DNA from: an uncultured Clostridium sp.
GTDB taxonomy: Bacteria > Bacillota > Clostridia > TANB77 > CAG-508
Reading direction: 5' to 3'
Length of the DNA stretch: 64,000 nt
Assembly: GCA_900551615.1 (NCBI GenBank)
Contig: URWN01000003.1
Span: 2,812-66,811 of the forward strand
A model generated the notes under the pieces. The model saw nothing but the letters and a program-made list of their open reading frames with translations, was not told the DNA's origin and made no database searches. Within the stretch, counting starts at the first letter, position 1, and each line of letters begins with the position of its first letter. This document shows positions 21,112 through 30,651 of the stretch, piece by piece. A program made the position numbers and the translations under genes.

Positions 21112-22623
21112 ATGAAAAAAATAAACAAAAGAAATATAATAACATTTATTATAATATTAATAATAACATGCACTATATATGTACCATTACTGATGGGGCA
21201 TTATGCAACAGATACTTATAATATAATAAATAAAGGATATGAAAAATATGCAATAACATATTCATTAAATGATGGAAGACCAATAATGTGCATAATAACA
21301 TTAATAGCACAAAAACTAAATATGCCAATAATGCTATATGTTGTAAGTTTGACTGGAATAGCATTAATTATTTCTAGTATAAGTGTTATAAAACTGAAAA
21401 ATACAATATTAAAATATACAGAAAAAACAGATAAGAAAACAGAATGTATAATACTTGCAATATCATATATAATAATTTTCAATTTTGCATATCTAGAAAA
21501 TCTTCAATTTGCAGAAAGTGCAATAATGTCAGTAAGTATTTTAATGAGTATAATTTCTGCTCAAATTGTAGTAGAGAAGAATAAAAATTATATATTAAAA
21601 GGTCTAATATTATCTATTATTTCGGTAATATTTTATCAAGGGACAATAAATTGGTTATTTACAATAACATTTGTATTATCATTATTTAAAGAAAAAAATA
21701 TAAATAAGCAAGTTATAAAAAATTTGATTTTAAGTGGAATATTTGGTGGAATAGGATGTGTAGTGGATTTAATCCAAATAAAAATTACTGGACAGATATT
21801 TAATTTAAGTCAAACAAGAACGGGAAGTTTTGAAAATATACCAAGTAATTTTAGATATATTTTAAAAAATATGAATGAAGTATTATTAAATACATATAAT
21901 TTATTTCCAAAAAATATGTTATATATATATTTAGTAATATTATTGATATATGCATTAGTTTTTATGGTAAAAGATTATGAAAAAAATATTCAATTAAATA
22001 TCCTTGAAATAATTTTTATTTGTGTAGCTACAGTATTTGCTCCAAATCTTATAACATTGGCTGCATTCGGAACAGGAAGAATGGCATATTCAATTGGTGC
22101 AATGATAGGCTTGATAATTTTGTATTTATATTGTAATTTGAAACGAACAAAAAAAATTCAATTAAAGGAAATAATATTTTATATTATATTAATTTCATAT
22201 ATAATTATATCTTTAGGAAATTCTATGTTAATTATGTATGAACATAAAAAAGTAAATATCCAAGATAAACAAGAGTGTGAATTAGTAGGAAAATGGATAA
22301 AAGAATATGAAGGATCTCAAAATATTGAAGTAAAAAATATTGTTTTTATACATAACAATAATAGCAAATCTTATTATGAGGATATAAAAAATCATTCGGC
22401 GCTTTGCTATAAAGCTTTGGGGACAGAATGGTCTCGAGTTGGAGCGATAAATTATTATAATAATAGACATTTTAATGACGTATTAAATGATATTAAAAAT
22501 TATGGAGAATATATAGACAAAATAAATTATTATAAAAATTATTTTTTTGATAAGATGTGGGACAAGCTAGATAAAGAACAACTTGTTTTTGAAGGAGATA
22601 CATTATATTATTGTTTATATTGA
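21112..22623 (+). CDS. GtrII-like membrane glucosyltransferase-domain protein (paralog 2)
   Basis: LMGHYATDTYNI..YSLNDGRPIM and C-terminal KEQLVFEGDTLYYCLY, clearly paralogous to 16366..17832. Confidence 0.5.
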   Translation: MKKINKRNIITFIIILIITCTIYVPLLMGHYATDTYNIINKGYEKYAITYSLNDGRPIMCIITLIAQKLNMPIMLYVVSLTGIALIISSISVIKLKNTILKYTEKTDKKTECIILAISYIIIFNFAYLENLQFAESAIMSVSILMSIISAQIVVEKNKNYILKGLILSIISVIFYQGTINWLFTITFVLSLFKEKNINKQVIKNLILSGIFGGIGCVVDLIQIKITGQIFNLSQTRTGSFENIPSNFRYILKNMNEVLLNTYNLFPKNMLYIYLVILLIYALVFMVKDYEKNIQLNILEIIFICVATVFAPNLITLAAFGTGRMAYSIGAMIGLIILYLYCNLKRTKKIQLKEIIFYIILISYIIISLGNSMLIMYEHKKVNIQDKQECELVGKWIKEYEGSQNIEVKNIVFIHNNNSKSYYEDIKNHSALCYKALGTEWSRVGAINYYNNRHFNDVLNDIKNYGEYIDKINYYKNYFFDKMWDKLDKEQLVFEGDTLYYCLY

Positions 22624-22676
22624 TATAAATAATTAAAGTGATGTGTTATCTAACTTATTTAGAAAGGATACAAAAA

Positions 22677-24176
22677 ATGAAAGAAATAGAAGAAAAATAT
22701 AAGAAAGCAACTAAATATTTTTGTAAAAATAAAATATTTGTTATAGCAATTATTTTGGTAACAATATTAAGTTTTGGTTTTACAATAACAAATTCATCGG
22801 TAGGGATGGATGATACTGCTTTTGATAGATATTATAGTGAAAAAGAAATGCTAGCGATAGGAAGATGGGGAGCATATGTAGTATATCAAATTTTAAATAT
22901 AACGGAATTTATACCATTTTGGTTAGATTTTGTAGCTGCAAGTGTAATAATGCTAACAGCAGTAATGTGGTGTATATTTTTAAAGAAAAATGTAGATGAT
23001 AAATTTTCAATTGGAGTATATATTATTTTTGTAGCGGTATTTATTTCTTTTCCAATAATAAATGAAATATTTATATTTGAAAATTGTAATATTGCAGTTA
23101 TGTTAGGAACATTGCTGGCCTCTTTGGGAATAATGCTGTTTTATGAGAATTATAATAATATTCATAAAAAAGGTATTTATATATTATCTGGAGTAATATT
23201 AACAGTAGCAATGTCAATGTATGAAGCATGTGTACAAACAATGTTAGTATCAATTTGTATAACTGCTATTTTAATGATATATACAGATAAAAATAAAAAA
23301 ATAAAGGATATTTTTAAATACATAATTTGTGCATTGGGAGTTTTAGGTGCAGCAGTTATTTTGGATGAAATAATAGTAAAAATAATAAATTTTGCTGGGG
23401 TTAAGCCATCAGATGCAGCGGAAAAGGAAATAAACTGGGGAAAATACGGAATATTAGAAAGTTTGCAATTGATAATAGTAAATATTATTAGTGCTATAAA
23501 AAATATCAAATATTATCCAGTATTAATATTTGATATTGTATCAGTAATTGGACTAGCAATAGGAATTTTGCAATCTGATAAAAAGAAGAATTGGATGATT
23601 TTAGTAATATTTATAGCAATGTTTTTATCAAATTTTGGTATAAGTATATTGCAATTAGATTCTGTTATGTATAGAACTTGTGCATCTTGGGGACTATTTA
23701 CTGCCGCAATTGTTATGGTTGCTTATAGATTTTTAAGTGAATATAAAATAACCCAAATATTAGCTATTATAGTAATTAGTATTTTAGTATTGCAACAAAC
23801 TAAAACATTAAATCAATTATTTTACAATGATTATATGAGATATCAAAAAGATTTACATATTGCATATGAATTAATATATGATTTAGAAAAGGATTATGAT
23901 ACATCTAAGCCATTGGTAATTATGGGAACACCATATAAAGGAATTGGTAAATATGGTGCACAATCAAATAGTTTATCAGTTCTTTGGTGGGGAAAGAAAG
24001 CATTTAATGATAATGGAAGAGAATTTATAAAATTTCTAAATTCTTTAGGATATGATTTTAAAGTACCAACAGATGAGGAATATGAAAAAGGAAAAATAGA
24101 AGCGGAAAAAATGGGAAATTATCCAAAAGCTGGTTCTATTAAAGAATTAGAAGATTGTATTGTTATTAATTTTTAA
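22677..24176 (+). CDS. Polytopic membrane protein, GtrII-like (paralog 3, more divergent)
   Basis: SSVGMDDTAFDRYY..IGRWGAYV N-terminal loop and many predicted TM helices. AAAGGA RBS favours ATG 22677 over GTG 22638. Confidence 0.4.
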   Translation: MKEIEEKYKKATKYFCKNKIFVIAIILVTILSFGFTITNSSVGMDDTAFDRYYSEKEMLAIGRWGAYVVYQILNITEFIPFWLDFVAASVIMLTAVMWCIFLKKNVDDKFSIGVYIIFVAVFISFPIINEIFIFENCNIAVMLGTLLASLGIMLFYENYNNIHKKGIYILSGVILTVAMSMYEACVQTMLVSICITAILMIYTDKNKKIKDIFKYIICALGVLGAAVILDEIIVKIINFAGVKPSDAAEKEINWGKYGILESLQLIIVNIISAIKNIKYYPVLIFDIVSVIGLAIGILQSDKKKNWMILVIFIAMFLSNFGISILQLDSVMYRTCASWGLFTAAIVMVAYRFLSEYKITQILAIIVISILVLQQTKTLNQLFYNDYMRYQKDLHIAYELIYDLEKDYDTSKPLVIMGTPYKGIGKYGAQSNSLSVLWWGKKAFNDNGREFIKFLNSLGYDFKVPTDEEYEKGKIEAEKMGNYPKAGSIKELEDCIVINF

Positions 24177-24196
24177 AAAAATTAGGAGGAAAAACT

Positions 24197-26953
24197 TTGA
24201 AAAAATTAGTATTGATTGACGGAAATAGTATAATGAATAGAGCATTTTATGGAATAATGGGGAGTAAGGCATTAACAACAAAAGATGGAAAATATACAAA
24301 TGCTATATATGGCTTTTTAGCGATTTTATTTAAGTTATTAGAAGATGAAAAGCCAGATTATATAGGAGTTACATTCGATTTAAAAGCTCCAACAGCAAGA
24401 CATAAAATGTATGAAGGATATAAAGCAAATAGAAAAGGCATGCCAACAGAACTTGCTGAACAAATGCCAATTATAAAAGATGTATTAAGAGCTATGAATA
24501 TTGATATAATAGAAAAAGAAGGTTATGAAGGTGACGACATAATAGGAACACTTTCAAGATATGGAGAACAAAAAGGGCTAGAAGTTGTAATACTTTCTGG
24601 AGATAGAGATACATTTCAATTGGCTACAGACAATGTTAGAATAAATATCCCTAGAACAAAAGGCGGAAAAACAGAAACAGAAATATTTAACAGAAAAAAA
24701 GTAAAAGAAGTTTATGGAATAGAACCAAAACAATTAATAGAAGTAAAAGGATTGCAAGGGGATACATCTGACAACATTCCGGGCGTACCAGGAATTGGAG
24801 AAAAAACAGCTCTTTCATTAGTACAAAAATATGAAACAATTGATAATTTATATGCAAAATTAGAATCTGGAGAAGCTGATGTAAAAGGAAAACAAAAGGA
24901 AAAATTAGAACAGAATAAAGATTTAGCATATCTTTCAAGGACATTAGGTGAGATAAATACAAAAGTTCCAATAGAAGATACTTTAGAAGAATTAAAACTT
25001 GAAGAATGGGACAAGCCAAAGGTTTTAGAGATTTTTAAAGAATTAAATTTCAAAAGATATATAGACAGATTTAATTTGCAAAATGAAGTTGGCATTGAAA
25101 AATTACAAGATGAAAAAAATATAGAAAATCAATATGAAATAAAAGAAAAAAGTATAGAAGAAATTAAAGAAATTTTAAAGAAACAAAAGCAAATGATTTT
25201 TTATGTAAATACTGTAAAAGATGAAGATGAAAATAAAATAATAAAAGAAAAAATATCAGGTATATCAGTTTTTAATCCAATTGTAAGTGAAGCGTATTAT
25301 ATAAATTTAAAAGAAGAAAATACTAAAATTCAAGATTTGAAAGAAATTTTTGAAGATGAAGAAATAAAAAAAATAGGAATAGATTTAGGAAGAATATATA
25401 TATTATTAAGGCAAGCTGGAATAGATTTTAATGGATTAAGTTATGATGCAAGTATAGCTGCATACATTTTAAATCCAACTAATAATAAACTAAAATTAGA
25501 TGATTTAGCAGAACAATATTTAGAGATAGATATAAATGAGATTTTAGGAAATAGCTCAGAACAAAAAGGTCAACAAATAAATCTATTTGATGCAATGCAA
25601 ACTATAGAAGAATCAGATGAAAAATTGAAAGAAGAAAATGCTAAAAAGTTAGAATCAGAAAAATATGCATTATATTCATATATAATTTATAAATTGCAAG
25701 AAGTTACAATGAAAAAGTTGGAAGAAATTAATGCTGTAGAATTATTTAACAAAATAGATATGCCAACAGTAACAGTTTTAGCAAATATGCAGTGGAATGG
25801 AATGTATGCAGATGAAGAAGAACTTAATAAATTTGGAAACCAATTAAAAGAACAATTAGAAATAAAAACGAAAATGATATATGAAATGGCAGGGGAAGAG
25901 TTTAATATAAATTCAACAAAACAATTAGGAGAAATCTTATTTGAAAAAATGAAATTACCTGTTGTAAAGAAAACAAAAAGCGGATATTCAACAGATGTAG
26001 ATGTATTAGAAAAACTAAAATCTGAAGATCCAATAATTTCAGAAATATTAGACTATAGACAATTAATGAAATTAAACTCAACATATGTAGAAGGTTTAAA
26101 ACCATATATAAATCCAAAAACAAAAAGAATACATTCATTTTTCCATCAAACAATAACAGCAACAGGAAGAATAAGCTCAACAGAACCAAATTTACAAAAT
26201 ATACCAACAAGATTTGAATTAGGAAAACAAGTAAGAAAGATATTCAAACCAGAGCAAGGAAAAGTATATATTGATGCAGACTATTCACAAATTGAATTAA
26301 GAGTATTAGCACATATGTCAGAAGACACACATATGGTTCAAGCCTTTAAAGAAGGGCAAGACATACACAAACAAGCAGCATCAAAAGTATTTAAAACACC
26401 AATGGAAGAAGTAACAAAAGAACAAAGAAGTAATGCAAAAGCAGTAAACTTTGGAATAGTTTATGGAATAAGTGACTTTGGATTAGGAGAACAATTAGGA
26501 ATATCAAGAAAAATTGCAAAAAAATATATAGAAGAATATTTGCAAGAATATGCTGGAATAAAAAACTTTATGGATGAGATGAAAGAAAAGGCAAAGGAAA
26601 CAGGATATGTAGAGACATTATTTAATAGAAGAAGGTATATTCCTGAATTAAAATCAAATAATTATATGGTAAGACAATTTGGCGAAAGAGCGGCAATGAA
26701 TACTCCTATACAAGGAACAGCTGCTGATATTATGAAAATTGCAATGATAAATGTCTATAAAAAGTTGATAGAAGAAAAATTAGATGCTAAAATAGTTTTA
26801 CAAGTTCATGATGAAATGATGATAGAAACATCATTAGAAGAGGCAGATAGAGTAAAAGAAATTGTAAAAAATGAAATGGAAAGTGCAATTGAGCTTAAAG
26901 TTCCATTAATAGCAGAAGTATCAGAAGCGGAAAATTGGTACGAATGCAAATAA
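24197..26953 (+). CDS. polA: DNA polymerase I
   Basis: TTG start after AGGAGG. 5'-nuclease domain (LIDGNS.., GDRD), polymerase motif A DYSQIELRVLAH, motif B RSNAKAVNFGIVYG, motif C QVHDE. Confidence 0.96.
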   Translation: MKKLVLIDGNSIMNRAFYGIMGSKALTTKDGKYTNAIYGFLAILFKLLEDEKPDYIGVTFDLKAPTARHKMYEGYKANRKGMPTELAEQMPIIKDVLRAMNIDIIEKEGYEGDDIIGTLSRYGEQKGLEVVILSGDRDTFQLATDNVRINIPRTKGGKTETEIFNRKKVKEVYGIEPKQLIEVKGLQGDTSDNIPGVPGIGEKTALSLVQKYETIDNLYAKLESGEADVKGKQKEKLEQNKDLAYLSRTLGEINTKVPIEDTLEELKLEEWDKPKVLEIFKELNFKRYIDRFNLQNEVGIEKLQDEKNIENQYEIKEKSIEEIKEILKKQKQMIFYVNTVKDEDENKIIKEKISGISVFNPIVSEAYYINLKEENTKIQDLKEIFEDEEIKKIGIDLGRIYILLRQAGIDFNGLSYDASIAAYILNPTNNKLKLDDLAEQYLEIDINEILGNSSEQKGQQINLFDAMQTIEESDEKLKEENAKKLESEKYALYSYIIYKLQEVTMKKLEEINAVELFNKIDMPTVTVLANMQWNGMYADEEELNKFGNQLKEQLEIKTKMIYEMAGEEFNINSTKQLGEILFEKMKLPVVKKTKSGYSTDVDVLEKLKSEDPIISEILDYRQLMKLNSTYVEGLKPYINPKTKRIHSFFHQTITATGRISSTEPNLQNIPTRFELGKQVRKIFKPEQGKVYIDADYSQIELRVLAHMSEDTHMVQAFKEGQDIHKQAASKVFKTPMEEVTKEQRSNAKAVNFGIVYGISDFGLGEQLGISRKIAKKYIEEYLQEYAGIKNFMDEMKEKAKETGYVETLFNRRRYIPELKSNNYMVRQFGERAAMNTPIQGTAADIMKIAMINVYKKLIEEKLDAKIVLQVHDEMMIETSLEEADRVKEIVKNEMESAIELKVPLIAEVSEAENWYECK

Positions 26954-26958
26954 TTTTT

Positions 26959-26987
26959 TGTCCAAAAGGGACGGTTCTTTTTGGACA
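26959..26987 (-). repeat. REP-like palindromic repeat, subfamily A (perfect)
   Basis: TGTCCAAAAGGGACGGTTCTTTTTGGACA, 5 nt after the polA stop, followed by two CTTTTGGATA arm-like repeats (26988..27007). Confidence 0.9.
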
Positions 26988-27029
26988 CTTTTGGATACTT
27001 TTGGATAAAAAGAGAGGAGTGATTTTAAA

Positions 27030-27605
27030 ATGTTTATTGTAAATATAACTAAAAAACAAATAACAATTACAGCAATAGTATTAATTTTATGTATGATAAT
27101 AGCATTTTTAAACATTCCTATTAGAATACAAAAAATAATATACAAAAAAGATTACAAAGAATATGTACAAAAATATGCTCAAGAATATAATGTGGATGAA
27201 AATTTAATTTATGCACTTATAAAAGCAGAAAGCAATTTTAATTCAAATGCAAAGTCTAGTAAAGATGCAATAGGGTTGATGCAGTTAATGGAAAGTACTG
27301 CACAAGATGTATGTAAAAAAACAGATTTACAAATATCGAGTGATGAATTAAGTGAAAAATTATTAGAACCAGATATTAATATAAATATTGGAACTAAGTA
27401 CTTATCAATCTTAATACAAAAATATGGAAATATTGCAATTGCTATAACAGCATATAATGCTGGAATTGGAACTGTTGATAATTGGATAGAAAAAGGTATT
27501 ATAAATTCTGATGGTTCTAATGTTGAAAATATTCCTTACAAAGAGACTAATAATTATGTAAGAAAGATTTTAAGAGATTATAAAATTTATACTAATTTAG
27601 AATAG
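27030..27605 (+). CDS. Membrane-anchored lytic transglycosylase (SLT domain)
   Basis: N-terminal TM helix. Catalytic region ALIKAESNFN...GLMQLM and AYNAG motif. Confidence 0.8.
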   Translation: MFIVNITKKQITITAIVLILCMIIAFLNIPIRIQKIIYKKDYKEYVQKYAQEYNVDENLIYALIKAESNFNSNAKSSKDAIGLMQLMESTAQDVCKKTDLQISSDELSEKLLEPDININIGTKYLSILIQKYGNIAIAITAYNAGIGTVDNWIEKGIINSDGSNVENIPYKETNNYVRKILRDYKIYTNLE

Positions 27606-27629
27606 TGTATGTTTTATAAGTTATAATAT

Positions 27630-27771
27630 TAAAAAATAATATATGTTTTTTTATACCTTGGTGTCGCAATCTCCATAAAAAATTAACTAGTATGTTGATT
27701 GCTCCAACTCGCACTCGTTTTCACTCGTTTGGTCGCTTACGCGGTATTTCAAAAACATATATTATTTTTTT
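27630..27771. other. Unassigned structured element: 21-bp perfect inverted repeat enclosing a roughly 100-nt GC-enriched core
   Basis: TAAAAAATAATATATGTTTTT (27630-27650) pairs with AAAAACATATATTATTTTTTA (27751-27771). The stem extends through ATACC/GGTAT. The core has GCAATC/GATTGC pairing and a CACTCGTTT direct repeat. It lies between convergent genes. Confidence 0.4.
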
Positions 27772-27784
27772 AATAAATAGTAAT

Positions 27785-28219
27785 TTATAAATACTTTTTT
27801 AAGGTTTCAACACTATCTTCTTGCATTACTATAAAATCATTTAAAATATTTTTAACATCAGATTCAATATTTTGATTTTGATTTAACAAACGACGACCTT
27901 CAATAATACCCATATTAGTACCTTGCATTAGCAACTCAGATAATTTAGAAGTACTATCGTCAGTCATGGTTTTCATTTGAATACCATACCAAGTCATCAT
28001 TTTATTCATAGCATTTGTTTCATGAGGCTCTTTATTGCTATAATTATCATATAAATTATTAACTCTATTAGAGATATCTTTATATTTATTATATTCAGTA
28101 TTAAGAACTTCTTTAAAATCATTGTCTACAACTTTTTCTGAAACATATGATATTGCATCCATTCCCATTGTAGCACCTTTATTAACTTCATCCAAAATAT
28201 TTAAATTTTGATTTTCCAT
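27785..28219 (-). CDS. Hypothetical helical protein (possibly a ferritin-like four-helix bundle, DUF2383-like)
   Basis: 144 aa, predicted all-helical, GATMGMDAI motif. Family assignment is tentative. Confidence 0.45.
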   Translation of the reverse strand: MENQNLNILDEVNKGATMGMDAISYVSEKVVDNDFKEVLNTEYNKYKDISNRVNNLYDNYSNKEPHETNAMNKMMTWYGIQMKTMTDDSTSKLSELLMQGTNMGIIEGRRLLNQNQNIESDVKNILNDFIVMQEDSVETLKKYL

Positions 28220-28240
28220 GTGTTTTAAACCTCCTATAAC

Positions 28241-28265
28241 ATTTTAAAAGCAATACTTTTAAAAT
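28241..28265. promoter_or_regulatory. Perfect 10-bp palindrome next to the RBS of the 27785..28219 gene
   Basis: ATTTTAAAAG-CAATA-CTTTTAAAAT, 22-46 nt upstream of the - strand start codon. Confidence 0.3.
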
Positions 28266-28440
28266 ATGAAGTGAGAATGAATATTATATATATTTATTGC
28301 TCACAATTTTAGTATAAACATAAATTCGAAAATTATACAAAAATACTAGACAAATGACGAAAAATGCAATAAAATATTAGGAGTAAAAAATCGGAAAACA
28401 ATAACTTATATATGTTTTTACAATTTAAAGGAGAAAACAC

Positions 28441-29670
28441 ATGATTTTAGAACAATTAATTTTTACAATATTAGCATTTGGAATATTTGTTTATATGTTT
28501 TTTAAAATGATAAGAGAAAATGACACGAATTATATAGGAGTTCTAATAATAGAAGCTATAGGAATATCATTAAATTTTATAGAAGTTTTGAAAAAAATTC
28601 AATTAGGACCATTTTTTACAATAATAAAATATATATTAGCAATAATATTACCAATAACAATAATGATGTTAGATAAAAAAGGAATTCCATTAATACAAAT
28701 TTTAAATGTATTAAAAGCTAAGATATATTTAAAATTAGGAAATAATAAAAAAGCAAAAGAGCAATTAATCAATTTAGTAACTAAGTATCCAGAAAATTAT
28801 ATAGGACATAAAATGCTTGCAGAAATATATGAACTTGAAGGTGGAATGAGAAAAGCAATAGATGAATATGTGCAGGCTATAGATGCAAATAAACAAGATT
28901 ATGATTCATATTTTAAAATCGCTGAATTATTAAATAACTTAGAAAAGCCAGATGAGGCAGCAGAAATGTTATTTAATTTATTAAATAAAAAACCAGATTA
29001 TTATAAAGCAACAGAATTATTAGGAGATATTTTAATATCAAAAGATATGTATAAAGAAGCAGTTAATGTATATCAAAATGCATTAAAATATAATCCATTA
29101 AGTTTTGAAATAAATTACAATTTAGGTATAGTATATACAATGTTAAATGATTTTCAAAATGCTAAAATATGCTATGAAAGAGCGGCTGATATAAATTCAC
29201 TTTCATATAATTCTAAATATTCTTTAGCTGAAATTGCATTAATATATAAAGAATTAGAAGAAGCTGAAAAATATTTTATGGAAGCATTAGAAGATGATGA
29301 ACTTTCCGCAGATAGTTATTATGAACTTTCAAAAATAGCTATGATAAAAAATGAAAAAGATAAAGCAATACAATTTGCTAATATAGCAATAGATATAGAT
29401 GCTGCAAAAGTTGTTCCAAAAATAAAAAAAGATCCTATTTTTATACCAGTTATAGCAAGAATATCAATACCATTTAATATAAATTCAAATGATGATATTG
29501 AAAATAAATTAGAAGAAAAAGAATTGAAGGCAAAAGCACATTTGGAAGATATGTTTGATATAACTAGAAATTTAAGTTATGCAGATATAAAACTTTTAAA
29601 AGAAGAAAAGAATGGAAAAAAGCAAAATAAAATAGAAGAAAATCAAAATGAAAATCAAAGAGATTTCTAA
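28441..29670 (+). CDS. Membrane-anchored TPR-repeat protein
   Basis: Three N-terminal TM helices followed by repeated 34-aa A/Y/L-patterned TPR units. Confidence 0.65.
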   Translation: MILEQLIFTILAFGIFVYMFFKMIRENDTNYIGVLIIEAIGISLNFIEVLKKIQLGPFFTIIKYILAIILPITIMMLDKKGIPLIQILNVLKAKIYLKLGNNKKAKEQLINLVTKYPENYIGHKMLAEIYELEGGMRKAIDEYVQAIDANKQDYDSYFKIAELLNNLEKPDEAAEMLFNLLNKKPDYYKATELLGDILISKDMYKEAVNVYQNALKYNPLSFEINYNLGIVYTMLNDFQNAKICYERAADINSLSYNSKYSLAEIALIYKELEEAEKYFMEALEDDELSADSYYELSKIAMIKNEKDKAIQFANIAIDIDAAKVVPKIKKDPIFIPVIARISIPFNINSNDDIENKLEEKELKAKAHLEDMFDITRNLSYADIKLLKEEKNGKKQNKIEENQNENQRDF

Positions 29671-29748
29671 ATGTATAAATAAAACTCATAAAATTTATAA
29701 AATTAAATATACTAATAAAGAATTAGAATAAAAAGAAAGAGTGATTTT

Positions 29749-30627
29749 ATGAGTACAAATTTTTCAGTAATAGGTGGAGACTTAAGAATAATAAAACTAG
29801 CAAAAATGTTAGCAGAAGATGGTAATAATGTATACACATATGGAATGGAAAAAGCAGAAGAATTAAAGGAAAATAAAAATATTATAATGTGTAATAAATT
29901 GCAAGAAACAGTAAAAAAATCTGAAATTATAATAGGACCAATACCATTTTCAAGTAATGGAAAAGACATTAATGCACCATTTAGTGATAATATTATATCA
30001 ATTAGAGAACTTATGCATGTTATAAATGCTAAAATTTTAATTGCAGGGAGTATAACACCTGATGTATACGATTTAGCAAATGATGAATATATAGAGATAA
30101 TTGATATAATGAAAAGAGAGGAATTAGCAGTTTTAAATACAATATCTACAGCAGAAGGAACAATTGAAATTATAATTGCAAATACGAATAAAATAATTCA
30201 TGGAAGCAAAGTCTTAATATTAGGATTTGGAAGAATAGGAAAAGTACTTGCAAGAAAACTTGCAGGGCTTTCAGCTAAAGTTACATGTGCAGCAAGAAAA
30301 GATGAAGATTTGGCATGGATTAGAGCATATGGACATATGGAAACAAACATAAATGCAATAGGTGAGAATTTATCAGAATATGATGTAATTATAAATACTG
30401 TTCCACATTTAGTATTAACAAGTGAAAAAATCAAATATGTAAAAGATGACTGTTTATTAGTAGATTTAGCTTCTAATCCAGGTGGGATTGATAAAAAAGC
30501 AGCTAAAGATAAAAACTTGAAATTAATATGGGCATTGGCTTTACCAGGAAAGGTTGCACCAATTACAACAGCAGAATTTATAAAAGATACAGTTTATAAT
30601 ATTTTGAAAGAAATATATAAAAAATAA
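29749..30627 (+). CDS. dpaA: Dipicolinate synthase subunit A (SpoVFA/DpaA-like)
   Basis: Collinear with B. subtilis SpoVFA: VIGGD.R, NTISTAEGTIEIII, HGSKVLILGFGRIGK, DLASNPGG, LPGKVAP. Confidence 0.8.
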   Translation: MSTNFSVIGGDLRIIKLAKMLAEDGNNVYTYGMEKAEELKENKNIIMCNKLQETVKKSEIIIGPIPFSSNGKDINAPFSDNIISIRELMHVINAKILIAGSITPDVYDLANDEYIEIIDIMKREELAVLNTISTAEGTIEIIIANTNKIIHGSKVLILGFGRIGKVLARKLAGLSAKVTCAARKDEDLAWIRAYGHMETNINAIGENLSEYDVIINTVPHLVLTSEKIKYVKDDCLLVDLASNPGGIDKKAAKDKNLKLIWALALPGKVAPITTAEFIKDTVYNILKEIYKK

Positions 30628-30651
30628 AAAACGAAAGAGAGGAAGAAAAAA

